Shown: positions 36,101 to 48,344 of the stretch, in pieces
How the letters are laid out: each line of letters starts with the position of its first letter
Position numbering within the stretch: the first letter of the stretch is position 1
Source of the DNA: Dipteris shenzhenensis
Lineage: Eukaryota
Assembly (NCBI GenBank): GCA_047967505.1
Contig: CM106538.1
Length of the DNA: 64,000 nt
Strand: one strand, 5' to 3'
Notes under the pieces: generated by a model
What the model saw: the letters and a program-made list of their open reading frames with translations, nothing else
The model's database searches: none
What the model was told of the DNA's origin: nothing
Program-made: the position numbers and the translations under genes

Positions 36101-38950
36101 AAAGCGTGCATCAAGTGAGCATAACATCTCTGGGGTGACCAACACAGGTAAACTCTGCCAAACTTCATCTCTAGCCACCTCTCTAGCCTATGAGTTTGGA
36201 TCTACGGAAAGTAGGGAGGCATAGAAAGCTGTCGCTAAGTGCATGACGGTTTCCAGATGGGACTGCAAAACGCCGTCAGAGTCAATAAGCTGCCTGACAC
36301 TCTCTCTACTATGTCTGGGACCAAGTGTAGAGAAAAAGTGTTTATTGACTCTCCCTCCCATCTGTATCCAAAAGGACTCTCGTGCATGGAAGGCATACTC
36401 TGCTCTCTGATCAAGCAAGGTCTGCAAGTGAGCCCTTGCCGCAGCAAGGCGCTTCTGTATCCAAGCATTTGATGGTCGTTTCTGCTCCTCCCTCTGTAGG
36501 GCTGCCAACTGCCGGCAGATACCGATCTCTCGCCTGAGTACCTCAACTCACCGAGCACTAGCAACGGAGTGATAAAAGTCACTGATACTGGCAAGTGCTG
36601 TGGCCACATGTGAAGGACCGGCCACCCCCCCCTACATATGAGAAACCCAGATCTCCAACACTGCCTCTGTGAGAGTCTCATCTATGTATAAGGCGTCGGG
36701 GATCCTGATACTGTGAGACCGTCCTCTCAGATGAGGCTCTGAGATGGACAAAATTACCGGAAAATGGTCTGAAGTGGAAACACCGGGTGCAATGCAAACT
36801 GTCCCCCCTCTATCAAGAGCCCAGTCACCCACATAGAATCTGTCAATCCGAGCATGGATAGGCATCTGCACCCTATGGTTCGACCATGAAAACAAAAGTG
36901 ACTGAGACTGAACAAGAAATGTATCATCTGACCAAACATCTCTGCCACTGAACCTGAACAAGAAGGCATCCCAGGCTGCTCTCTCAAGGGAGTGGATACC
37001 ACCTTCTCTGCCCCCTTTCTTATCAGAAGGTGCCTCAACCATGTTGAAGTCACCTCCAATAATCCACGAATCCGCAATGTCAGCCCACGAGAGCAACTCT
37101 TTCCAAAACAAAACACGGTCCCCTCTATTGTTCGGAGCATAGAGGTTGAGGAAACTAACCTTATGTCCGTCAATTAGAAGTAAAACCCACTGGGCCCTGG
37201 AGGGGGTTATGGTACTTTGTCCAATGACCAGAGGGAGAATAGAATCTGAAACTGAAATGCATGTACCTCCTCTGGATCCCAAGGCAGGAAGCCAAAAAGT
37301 CTGGCATGAGAGCAGCTTACCTGACTTGGAGCAATCTCTGACATCCAGTTTGTGTTCCTGAAGAAAAAGAATGTCTAGGGAACCACTTGAAACACCTGGA
37401 TGGAGCTGATTCCTGATCAACTGTCTGCGATGGCGATGAGGGATGCCGCCCAATCCCTGTATATTCCAACTGGCTATCCTCATCGGCAGGAGGAAGTGGG
37501 TTGGAATACCTTACCCGACCTGGTGGCGGAAAAAGAAACCTCTATCGGAGCAAACCTCCTACCATACACACGAGGTCCAAGGGGAGGAAAGTCCACAGGT
37601 GAGAGAGAGAAGGATCTCTCAAGAGGGATGGCTCTCCAAAAGTAGAGGGTACAAAATCATCATCTGGGAGGCTAGAGAGGTCCTCCAAAGCGGAAAATGA
37701 GTTCCGTTGAGCCAACCCTAGGGAGGGGGTACGAAGGATTCCTACCGAAGCAGGAAGAGAATGTAAAACCCCCTTCCCTCTATCCAAAGAGGGAGACACC
37801 TGTACTGGATCTTGATCAAAAAGTGGTGCGGACAAGGTGCCAACAACCTGCGCTACTGAGGAAGGTACAGCCTAATGCAAGGGTGGAGTCGAACAAGGCT
37901 CCTGAACACTAGTCTCCTCCCGAGGCTCCAAGGGGGTAGCCTCCGAAGAGGTGGAGGAGTGAACTAAAGTAGAGGGCCTAACCGCGATCGGAACCCACCG
38001 TGGGCCAGAGGTGGTGCGGGGTGCCGAAGGGACTCGAGTAGCCCTAGGAGGGGGGGGAGCCCATGTCTGAGGCCGTGTTTGTGGAGCGGTAGGTCCTACT
38101 CCAACTCTCTGTCGTAAGCTAGTACGAGCTGGTTGCTTTCTGGGCCTCTTTTTCTTCTTTGGGCAATCTCTGGCGAAGTGCCCCGAGGATCTGCAAATCC
38201 TGCACTGGTCCTGCCGACTTGCAACCTCGAATCTCTGGCAGAAGAAAGACCCATTGGGTCGCTATAGCATGATGTGGTCATCTGAAATATTGGGGTCTTG
38301 GACAATGACCCTAACCTTGGGTACCCCGTCCATCCTGACCGCCTAAGCAGCCGAAGAGGGCTCGCCAGGAGAGGGGGGATCTCTGCTACCACACCAAACC
38401 TCTCGCCAATAACTGAAAGAGTCCGGTGATAAACTGAGGGAAGACCAGGGAACTTGATGAAAACAGAAACTCCCTGCTTGTCCTCTTCAACTGGGTCAAG
38501 TCCCAATTGAAAAGGAAACAAAAAAATCCTCCTGTAGCCTAGAAGTAGAAAACTGGCCTGTAGGAGGTCTCTCATGACGTCCGGGGAATCTAGGCACACC
38601 TGAAAGAAACCCCGTCCCAACAAACGAACATCCTTGATGTGGGGGGCAAGGTCCTGAGGAAGCGCCGCCAGCATCTAATCTCTAGCTTGTGACTTGGAGG
38701 GTTGTGAGCCATGAATGCGTGCGAAGAGAGTCGTGGAACACTCATGCTCCAAATCCTTTTGCAACTACTGCAGCTCGTCTTTTGAAAAAGTGACAGTTCT
38801 CGCGGCCGGTGTGAGCGGAGACGGATTGATTGAATGGGAACCCATTCGTCAGTCGAGGTGTGTTGGCCGATTCAAACACAAAAAATAAAAAACTCCGTCC
38901 GCTTTCTTGAAACCCAGGAGACCCCTATAAGAGACACGCAGAGTCCACCC
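33108..38950 (-). mobile_element. Near full-length, more diverged LINE subfamily copy (ORF1 ~38845-37480, ORF2 37483-~33210)
   Basis: Poly(T) 33108-33123; EN ORF 36632-37483 (MRIASWNIQGLG..SDH); LADDT; zf-RVT; ORF1 38096-38674. No C-rich leader; 5' limit approximate. Confidence 0.92.
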
Positions 38951-38969
38951 CAAACTTGGATCTCTACAC

Positions 38970-41900
38970 GTTAATTGCAGTCCCACCATGAATAGAAAGC
39001 CAAAAGAATAGAGTGATCTTTCTATTCCTGTGGGATTTTCTAGTGTCTTCTCCAAAAAACTCTGTGCAAATTAGCAGAAATCTGAAAATTCTCCCAATGA
39101 GGAGCTCTAGAAGTCTCTAGCCTCTGCAAAAATGATCTGAAACTGCCTGGCATTACTTACCGTGTTTTGAGAGAAGGACATGAATCAGAATCTTCTCTTG
39201 ATGCCCTTCATCAAACCATTCACGCTCTCTTGGGTCCAACTGAAAAAATTATTAGGGTCCCACCATAGAGCCACAATCTCCATGAACCTAAGGCCAAGAG
39301 AAGTGGGTCAGGGTCTAAGTTCCACTAAGAGTCCGCGCCATGCTCTACAAATCCAATGGTCCTGATAAGCTAGAAAGCAATCCCCAAAGAACTTCATCAG
39401 AAGATCTAGACAGCCTACCTCCCATCTAGACAGTGAAAACCAAAGCATCCTCATGTGGTCATGGCAAAACAATAACCTGAAGAAGAATGCCCAATCTTGA
39501 GAAGGTTCCCATCCAAGTGAAACAAGAAATAGGCATATTATCCATCTCAATCCAATCCACTGGAATGGCTACATCAATCTGTTGAATACTTCCTGCACTT
39601 CCTTTGAGCTGCCTTACTAGTTGCATTTTTCGGCTCTGGAAGCTTTCTAAAAGCTTTCCAGGATTCTACAGAGGAGGCAGAACCTCTCTCCCATCTCAAC
39701 CACTGCAAATAATGTGATAATGTGACCGGCCTAACGCTCTGCCATGCTCACCGAGTATGCTCTCATTCCACATGACCGGCTGCCTGTCAATCTCTTCCAT
39801 AGAATGGAGTGCGCTTTAGGAAGTGCGAAACAGAAAGTGTAGTGCGTTTTTGTGAACCACAAGTGCTGAAAAAAGTGAATGTTTGTGAAAAATGTGTGTG
39901 TGGTGTCAAGAGCTAAGCATACAGGATGGAAAATGTGTGTGTGGTGTCAAGTGCTAAGAATATAGGATGGAAAACAATGGGGCGTATGGCTTACGGCTGA
40001 ACGCAAACTGTCCTAACCTCTAGTACAAACTACCCCAAAGTTTCGGGGGTCTCTTGATCCCACAGTTCCTTACGAAAGGTGTTTCTAAATCTACTCAAAG
40101 CTTTCAGAATGGCTTCCATAAGAGGCGAGGAAGGAGATTTGAGGGGGGCTGAAGTAAAAATATATTTGTTGCTACCCATCCAGTCTCCACCTAAAGGAAT
40201 ACATGCCTGAATGCTTTGAATAAAGAAAACCTTCCAAGGCTCTTGCCCAGAAAAAAGTCCCCTTACCACAAACTTGCAAAGTAATGCCCTGCACTGCAAG
40301 TCCGGGTCTATAATATGAAGACCTTCTTCTTTTGTGGGAAGAATCAATGTCTCCCAATCCACCCTAGCCACAGTATCGTTAGTGCCATCTAGCCCATTCC
40401 ACAAGAAATTCCTTATAGGTCTCTTGAGCTAACTGATACAATCCTTAGAGCTGCACCAACAAGAGCAAACATACCATGCCGTGGCTAACCAAACCTAGTT
40501 AAAGGAGTTTCCTCCTGATGCTCTCCAACATTGGAGCAAAGTGTTGTGAGAAGAAGAGATACCCATACCAACCTGGCATCGTAGATATCTGATGGGAACC
40601 CCCCTTTGAATCCAAGTAAAACCAAAATCAGCCCCCCAATTAGGAGTGTCCTCATCACTGATCCAAAAGCCATTGGATTTGTTCCAATTAATGTGTTCAC
40701 CAACTACAATACAAAACAAATCCAAGGCTGCCGTGAAAGAAGAATCTGCTGAGAGGAGGGAGGCATGAATGTCTGTAGCTATGTGCAAGAGGCATTCGGA
40801 TCTGTCTGCAAAATCTTGTGTGAGTCAATAAGCTGTGAGACACTCTCTCTACTATTTCTGGGGCCAAAAGTAGAAATGTCTGTGAGACACTCTCTCTACT
40901 ATGTCTGGGGCCAAAAGTAGAGAAGAAATGTTTATTGACTTTACCTCCCATCTGAGCAATGACTCATAGGCATGAAAGGCATACTCTGTTCTTTGATCAA
41001 GTAACATTTGCTGTTGAGCTTCACTGCAGTAAGGCGCTCCTGAATCCAAGCATTTGTAGGCCGTTTCTGCTCTTCCCTCCTCTTCAGGTTCCCAACTACT
41101 GGCGAATACCAAACTCCCGTCTCCTGGTACCAACAATAGATGATAAAAGTCACTAATACCAATCAATGCTGTGCCACTCCATCGTGCATATGTGACACCC
41201 AGATCTACAAAACTACCTCCATGAGGTCCTCCTTTGCATAAAAGTCATTGATCCTAGCAGAGCATTCTCTCAAATAAGGCTCATAAATCATCAATACCAC
41301 AAGAAAGTGATCTGAAGTGGAAAACCTAGTGGCAATGCATACTGACCTACCTCGGTCCAGAGCCCAATCATCAACATAAAATCTATCAATCCGGACATGT
41401 ATAGGGATATGTAATCTCATGTTCGACCATGAAAACAAGAGAGATTGAGGCCGAGTGTGAAAGGCATCATCAAACCACACATCTCTACCACTAAAACAAA
41501 ACAAGAAGGCATCCCAAGCTTGACCAAAAGGTGTAACTTGAAACAAGCTTGCGAAACTTGGCACAATCTCTGGCATTCAATTTGTGCTCTTGAATGAAAA
41601 GAATATCAATGGGGGCCCCCAGTAATACTTGGCTGAAGCTGATTACGAATCAGCTGCCTACGACGTGTGGCACACCGCGAAGGCCCTTTACATTTTAATT
41701 AACAACCCTCATCGGTGCAAGGAAGGCGAATGGAACACCTTACCGGACCTAGAAGCTGAAACAAACCTTTCTTGGGTAGAATTCCTCCTGCCAAGTGGAG
41801 GAAAATCCACGGGAGAAAGAATCCCTACACTGTGGAGGAGGACTCTCTTTCGATAGGGATTTCCATAACATCATTTCCAAAAAGTAGAGGGTACAAACTC

Positions 41901-42201
41901 CTCCCCAATATCCGCCATATCTGCCAGTACAGAGAAGGAGCTCCTGTGAATCAAACTTGGCAAAGGATTATGAAGAATCCTCGCACTCAAAGGGAGAGGG
42001 TCGAGGGAGGGGCGGGGGAGCAGGTCGAGGGGAGGAGCTAGGGAGAGGGGGAAGGGGCAGCGAGGGGGAAGGGGCTGGCTGAGGGAGGGAGGGGGAGGCT
42101 AAGGGAGAGGGGAGAGGGGAGAGGCTGAGAAAGGAGGAAGCAAGGGAGGGGGACAGTCTGAGAGGGGGCAGCAAGGGAGGAGATGGGGAGGAGCAGCAGC
42201 T
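38970..42201 (-). mobile_element. Heavily deleted LINE copy retaining its 5' start motif
   Basis: Collinear pieces of 5' UTR, ORF1 end, EN, linker and post-RT region with large internal deletions (RT core missing at ~40735). Confidence 0.8.
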
Positions 42202-42218
42202 CCTAGCAGTCGGAAACT

Positions 42219-42891
42219 TCTACTTCCTCCATTTGGGTACGTGTCTTTAGTATCTCATTCTCTGCTTGAAGTTTGATGACTATGGCTTCCAGCTCTTTTA
42301 TCATTGAGGCATGCTAGCTGGTCTTGGCATCTAATACCCAGTTCTACTCTTCTTGCATTTGACCTAACTGAATCTCCAGTCGTGTTTGCATTTCATCTTT
42401 CCATTTGTTCATAACCTCCTCCATGGAAACATGCAGTATACGCATGGTTTTCTCAGGGTCTTTGTCTTTGTTTTCTCCTAGCTTCTTCTGCAAATTATCC
42501 ATGTCTGCATGCTGCATTTTAGAAACCTCCTTGAACTCCTCTAGAGCTTTGCATGCCTTTGTTTTCTTCCCCTCTTATGCTTGGAGGGTCTTCATTTGTG
42601 CCTTGACTGTACTCAGCTCCTCATTCAGAAGTGGCTCAATCTCTACTTCCTCCATTTGGGTATGTGCCTTGAGTATCTCGTTCTCTGCTTGAAGTTTGAT
42701 GACTTATCATTGAGGCATGCTAGGTGGTCTTGGCATCTAATGCCCAGTTCTACTCTTCTTGCATTTTACCTAGCTGAATCTCCAATTGTATTTGCATTTC
42801 CGTTTTCCATTTATTCATATCCTCCTCCATGGAAACACACAGTCTATGCATGGTTTCCTCAGTGTCTTTGTCTTTGTTTTCCCCTAGCTTC
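42219..42891. repeat. Diverged direct duplication (~270-bp units, period ~423 bp) with degenerate coiled-coil-like coding on the minus strand
   Basis: TCTACTTCCTCCATTTGGGTA.. at 42219 and 42642; minus frame MEEVMNKWKDEMQTRLEIQLGQMQEE. Confidence 0.7.
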
Positions 42892-44027
42892 ATTTAAGAA
42901 ACCTCCTTCATTGAGCAAGACATGATTTAAGGTGCTGGTCAGCAATTTTTTGAGTACTCATCCAGATTGAGCTATATTTCCTTTCCTTCTCACCTTCGGT
43001 TCTTTTGTCCGGTGAACTGTCCATGCTGGACAGGTACTACACTATTTGTAGCCCTCCCTCCCCAGAGGAAATAGCATGGGCTGAAGGAGATCTTGATCTC
43101 CTAACAATCCCCTTCTTTCTTGGGCTACCAGAAACCAAAAGAGCATGAATGGTGGTTCTTTGAGAAATGGGATAAAGGGAAAGGAGCCCAAGAGAGTCCT
43201 CAAGAAAGGCCAAGTGCATAATGGGCCCATATTCAGCCTGTGAGGGATCAAGCCTCACTGTCAAAGAGAGCTGCTGGCTGGAATAACCAGCCACCCCTTA
43301 GGCAACCAACGGCGGAAGCATCAGGGGTGTCGAGGATTAGAGCCAGTCGGGGGGGACTAGTGATGAGACCAAGGAGAGCAGAATGAAGGCCAATGAGAGA
43401 GGAAAAGGGTACGGAAGGATGGAAAGGAGACCGGGGGAGGTGAAATAATTTGGAAAGAGTAGGGGAGCAGAGACAGCTGGTGCAGAGAAAGAGCTCGCTT
43501 TAGGGGTACTTGGGACAGACTGGCTAGAAGCAAAGGGGGAGCAAATGCAGGAGAGCTGGGAGCAGTTCAGAAAGGAGAAAAGGACAGAAGATGGAAGAGG
43601 CTGAGATAGGAGGAGGGATGAGGGCCAGAGCTGGTAAGGATCGGTTTGATGGGAGGCAGGGCCACTAGCAGGCCATGGGAATGGGAGATCAGCTTTCCCC
43701 ACATTGGTGACACTTGCAACTATCATAGCCTCATTAACTTTGCATTATAGGGGCATGCATGATTGACTTCATCGGCCCTTCAAGTCGGTATATGAGCCAG
43801 GCGACTCCTATGGGTATGACTGGGGCTGGTCAATTGTGAGCCAAGACTGTCCAACTTGGTGCCAGTGGCAGAGGTCCAAGTCAGCATCTCAAGCTATACG
43901 GATGGTTGAAATTGACTGCTTTTCAAGGCAGGTCATAACTTTTTGGTGCTCCCTTTGGAGATAGATTTGTGATTTTGAGCTGTAATAAAAATTTCCCCCA
44001 AAACAAGGATTAAGAAACCCTCTAACT

Positions 44028-44054
44028 TAATAGAAGTCTCTTTTTTGGAAAAAA
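44028..44054 (+). mobile_element. 27-nt LINE 3'-end insertion with 16-bp TSD
   Basis: AAGAAACCCTCTAACT (44012-44027 and 44055-44070) flanks TAATAGAAGTCTCTTTTTTGGAAAAAA. Confidence 0.9.
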
Positions 44055-44217
44055 AAGAAACCCTCTAACTCTAACAAAAACCAGTACAAAAAACATTTCT
44101 GACCTTTAAAGGAACTCTACTTCTGTTTCCTTAAAGGAGAGAGTTGCTATTGAAAATGAGGAGCCTCAAGGAGGCATTGTTAAAACACTACAAGTAAAAG
44201 GATAAAATTCAAGGTAC

Positions 44218-44532
44218 CTGGTAATACCACAAATTGAAAGGGAGAATTTGAAATAAACTCGCTTTTATATCCAACAGTCAGAGAATATTTTCCAGATATG
44301 GTCGGAACAAAAGAAATTGTTTGATATCCAGTTGCCTGTTCCAACCCTTTGACAATCTTTGGAGACATCTCCTTGTCATAAAACCTAATTGTCACTACGA
44401 AATCAACATATGTGAGCCTTGTCACAAGGTTTCCATAAGCGTCCATTAGTGTGATGTTCAAAATTACTGCTGTCCCTGCTTTGAATAAGCTCTCCATCAG
44501 TGCACCTTTGCAAGCAGGAATGGAAATAGATC
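44218..44532 (-). CDS. GEX2: Internal exon (315 nt, phase 1-1) encoding a filamin/Ig-like repeat of a probable GAMETE EXPRESSED 2-like protein
   Basis: ACAG|GA acceptor and CAG|GTACC donor; open frame GSISIPACKGALMESLFKAGTAVILNITLMDAYGN..TISFVPTISGKYSLTVG..ISNSPFQFVVLP. D-x-[YF]-GN and SPF-x-x-V are filamin-repeat hallmarks. GEX2 identity is from recognition, not a search. Confidence 0.75.
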
Positions 44533-44678
44533 CTGTTCTCCCAACAGATCAACTGTCAGCGGTACTGATTAACACTCCAAACATGCTAAGAATACTTGTG
44601 CTATAGACGTGGAAAAAAAGGAAAACTATAGCTGCCGATTCCTACATGATATATTTATTGGAAGTTATAGATGCGCAC

Positions 44679-45005
44679 CAACAATGACCTCAAATGAGAA
44701 AGGTGACCCAGGGACATGAAAGGTCTCATTTCCAATAAAGAAGTAAAACCGTCCAGCCTTTTTTGTCATAAACTCACAAATAGTGTACCCGGAGTCTCCT
44801 TCACTATGCATTTGTATTTGTGGAAATAGATCCTTGTTACCAGCTTCATCAAAGATTTTAAAACCAAAAGCAAGTAAAGGTGCTGCCAATAGAGGAGCAT
44901 TAGATTTGTCACATAGCCTTATTCTGAACTTTGCTTGAGTCCCAGCAATGAATATATTAATGTTATCAGCCCAATTTCCTCGGCAGAGAGGTAGATATAA
45001 TGCAC
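44679..45005 (-). CDS. GEX2: Internal exon (327 nt, phase 1-1) encoding the preceding filamin/Ig-like repeat of the same gene
   Basis: TTTCAG|GT acceptor and G|GTGCG donor; open frame GALYLPLCRGNWADNINIFIAGTQAKFRIRLCDK..KAGRFYFFIGNETFHVPGSPFSFEVIV; splices in frame over a 146-nt intron. Confidence 0.75.
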
Positions 45006-45265
45006 CTGAAATTGTTTTGGGATTTATTACAGGAACATCAAGAATTGTGTGACAACTTTCTGTAAATCAAAGTAAACTTTAAACTACTCTACAATCAAGA
45101 GACATAAGGTTTGGATTAGATTTGAGTGTTAGAAAGAGATGATTAGAGTAATGGTGTACCAAAGTGAAAACATATAGAATAGACTAGGAAGGAAAAAGAA
45201 TTATCCACGGTCAAGAAATGGAGAGAGAATTATCCTATTCATATGAATAGCTGTTATGACAGATT

Positions 45266-45863
45266 ATTATTTTTTCAATGAAAAGACTTCTATTAAGTAT
45301 GAAAGCTACCTCAAGAGCAAAGCTCATGGAAAATGCATCATGAAACGAATAAGATACAAAAAAATTTCGGGCCAAATAACCTACTCATCAGAGAGATCTA
45401 AAAAAGCACCAAAGTTGAGGCTGAAAGTGCCACCTCAAACTTGTGGTGGACTTCGAGAAAAACGGGGAGCCACTCAACTCCCTAAGGAAAACAGCCTGGG
45501 AATAACCCTATATGGTCACCCAAATAGGCATCACATTGTGTATAATATCTATCCAAATACTAGCCAACATGTGTGAAGGGTGGATCTGGGAGCCATCCAA
45601 AGCCTTTGTATATTTAGACCTCCAAACATGCCATGCTGAAATGCTCGCCACAATCTCCTGCCTGTCATAAAATACCTAAGGTCCCAAAAGAGAGATCCGA
45701 GCCATCAAACCCTAGGTAATAAAGGGAGAAGGAACAAAAGTGCTAATAAATCTAGCAATATTCTTTGAGATAAACCTCACTTGTCTGCAATCTCATAATC
45801 AATGCTGAATGGACTCCTCAACAAAAAGGCAATGATGGCAAGTAGGGGCTGCCCTGAACCTAG
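45266..45863 (-). mobile_element. Old LINE 3' fragment
   Basis: Short T tail, GACTTCTATTAAGTA tail, degenerate zf-RVT. Confidence 0.8.
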
Positions 45864-46157
45864 TGAAGGCACATGGTAGGAGGAATGGAATGGAAAAGAA
45901 ATGGAAGAACTAGAAAGCAATGAAAGGAAATGAAAAGTATAAAGCAATGATAACCAAAATACTCACATGATAGAAAAGCTTGATGTAGACCACTCTAATG
46001 TGACACTAGACAAGTACAACACTATATACTGTAACACTAGACTCTAGAAATCCAAAGTGTAAATGGGATAACTCCCAATATGACATGTGGCATGTGTAGG
46101 ACTCACTAGACTATAAAAACACACCTCGAACACTCACTCCAACTTCATGTTCCAACA
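45864..46157 (-). mobile_element. Solo LTR without matching TSD
   Basis: TG..CA termini, homologous to 21868-22196; flanks CCTAG vs CCACC differ. Confidence 0.82.
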
Positions 46158-48337
46158 CCACCCCATGAAGGAAATGTGAGGGACTACTGGAATGGAACCA
46201 AAAACTGAATATGACAATGATGGAGTCTACTGCTTTGTGCACCCCAGGTAGCTCAGAGACTCAAATGAAGCATGGCTACCTGACCAACACATCGGTCTAG
46301 GGAATGCACTAGCATCCTGGAACTTGGCCAAGCCTGATAAAGAGACCCATCACTGTGGCTGGGAATTTGGAGTCCTCATCTGTGCCTGCACTTTCTCGAT
46401 CGTCCTGACTATGGCAGGAACAGTCTGCGGAAAAGTACATGTCGCCCCTTCGTGGTCAGAAACCAAGGTGACTGGGGCTGGTGCATCTAAAGGCCCCTCC
46501 TGATGTGGAACTGTAGTATCTAGGGCTACTGCAACATCCACCTCTGGAGTCTGGAAGGCATCTGTTTGAACAGGAGCAAGGGTCTCCTCCTGAGGTAAGG
46601 GAGCCGCTCTGATAGCTCTCCATCGTGGTATTGGCTGTGCTGCAGGCATTGGGCGCCCTGCTGCCCCTGGTGATACTAGGGTGCGTGCAGTAGAGCTCCC
46701 TGCTGCTCCAGGTGGTCCTGGAGTGCGTGGTATAGGGCGTTGGGAAGGTGTAGTCGAGGTAGTATGTGAAGGAGCGGCACCCAAAGACCTCTTGGGTCTT
46801 TTTTTCTTCCTTGGGCAGCAGTCTCTAGCAAAATGCCCAAGGGTCCTGCAAATCCTGCACTAGTCTGTCTACTTGAAATCTCGACTCTCTGTCGAAGGAG
46901 AGAGCCGTCTGGACGCTGAAGCATGATGTGGTCATCTGAGATGTTAGGGTTAGAGACAATGACCCTAACACGAGGCACCCAGTCTGCTCTGACTGCCTTT
47001 GTCAAGGAAGCAGGCATGCCAGGAAGGGGGGGGATCTCAGTGACCACTCCGAAAGTGGCTCTGATAGTGGCAAGCAGTCGATGGTAGACTTGAGGAAGAC
47101 CCGAAAATCTAATGAACAGTGATGTGACCTGCCTGTTCTCCTCGACCGGATCAAAGCCCAAGGTGTAGGGCAAAAGAAAGATCCTCCTCCAACCCAAAGC
47201 CAGGGGATTAGCTTTGAGAACAAGGGCTGTGGACTCATGGGAGTCGAAAATCACTTGGAAGAATCCACGTCCTAGAAGTCGAATATCCCTGAGGTGTGGG
47301 GCAAGATCTCCTGGTAACGCCGCCAGCATCCAGTCTCTAGCCTGTGATCTAGAAGGGTGTGACCCAAAGATGCGGGCGAAGAGTGATGTGGAGCCCTCTA
47401 ATTCCACATCTTTCTTGAGCTGCTGCAACTCATCTTCTAAAAAAATGACAGTTCTCGCAGCCGGTGGAAGTGGACCGAGATTGGCTGAATGGGGATCCAT
47501 TCACCAATCGATGTGAAAAGGCCGATTCCAACACTGTTAAAGCTCCATCCGTGAAACTACTGCCCAGGATGCCCTAAAACACGGGCGTAGGAAGGAGGAG
47601 AACAGGAGAGGGTAGGAGAGAGGGGAAGGGAAGGAGAGGATAGACTGAGGGGTTTAGATAGAGATAGGCTAAGGGGGAAGCATAGGGGAGCTAAGTTAGG
47701 AAGGAAGGGGGAGGGGGAGGGGGAGGGTGGGCCGGGGAGAGGAAAAGAGGGGGGGGGGGGGTAGGAAGGAGGGAGGGGGCTGATGGCGGGGAGAGAAAAG
47801 GGGGGCGGCGGAGAGGAAGGGAGGGGGCGGCCGGGGGGGGGGAGTGCTGGAGGGGGGCAGCGGGAGGGGGGGAGAGGGAGAACCAGGGGAAGGGGTGGGG
47901 GAGGGAGGGGGCGGGGGAGGGGGAGGGGAGGGAGGAGGGGGGGGGCTGTCGGGTGAGGGAGAGGGGGGTGGGGAGGGCTATCAGGTGAGGGAGAGGGAGG
48001 GCGGGGGAGGAAAGGGGCGGGGGAGGAGGAGGGGGAGGGGGGGCAGCGGGGGGGGAGAGGGAGGGCGGGGGAGGAGGAGGGGGCAAGGGGGCTGGCGGGT
48101 GGGGGAGAGGGAGGGCAGGGAGGGAGAGGGAGGAGGGGCCGGGTGGGCTGGCAGGGGGGGGGAGAGGGAGGGCGGGGAGGAGGAAGGGGAGAGGGAGGGT
48201 GAGGGATGAAGGAGAGGGGCCTGGCGAAGGGGAGGGAGAGGAGGAACAGCGAGGGGAGGGAGAGGGGGGGCAGCGAGGGTGAGGGAGAGGGAGAGGGGGC
48301 TGGCTGAGAGAGGGAGAGGGAGGGGGCAGTAGCTCAC
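46158..48337 (-). mobile_element. LINE 5' portion: 5' UTR (G-rich on plus, ~47590-48337) and ORF1 (47500-~46160)
   Basis: ORF 46676-47500 MDPHSANLGPLPP.. homologous to ORF1; start motif GAGCTACTGCCCCCT on the minus strand. Confidence 0.9.
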
Positions 48338-48344
48338 GAGGAGA

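Noticed and set aside
42925-43730. Low-complexity ORFs 43037-43726
   Set aside because: No recognisable domain; probably decayed TE sequence, left unassigned.
43730-43985. Candidate next exon after a TTATTACAG acceptor on the minus strand
   Set aside because: The phase-1 frame hits a stop within ~15 codons and shows no filamin similarity.
2821-44070. Sequence-specific targeting as in some Tx1 elements
   Set aside because: The four readable LINE TSDs share no motif beyond starting with A on the element strand, and none lies in a tRNA, snRNA or rDNA target.
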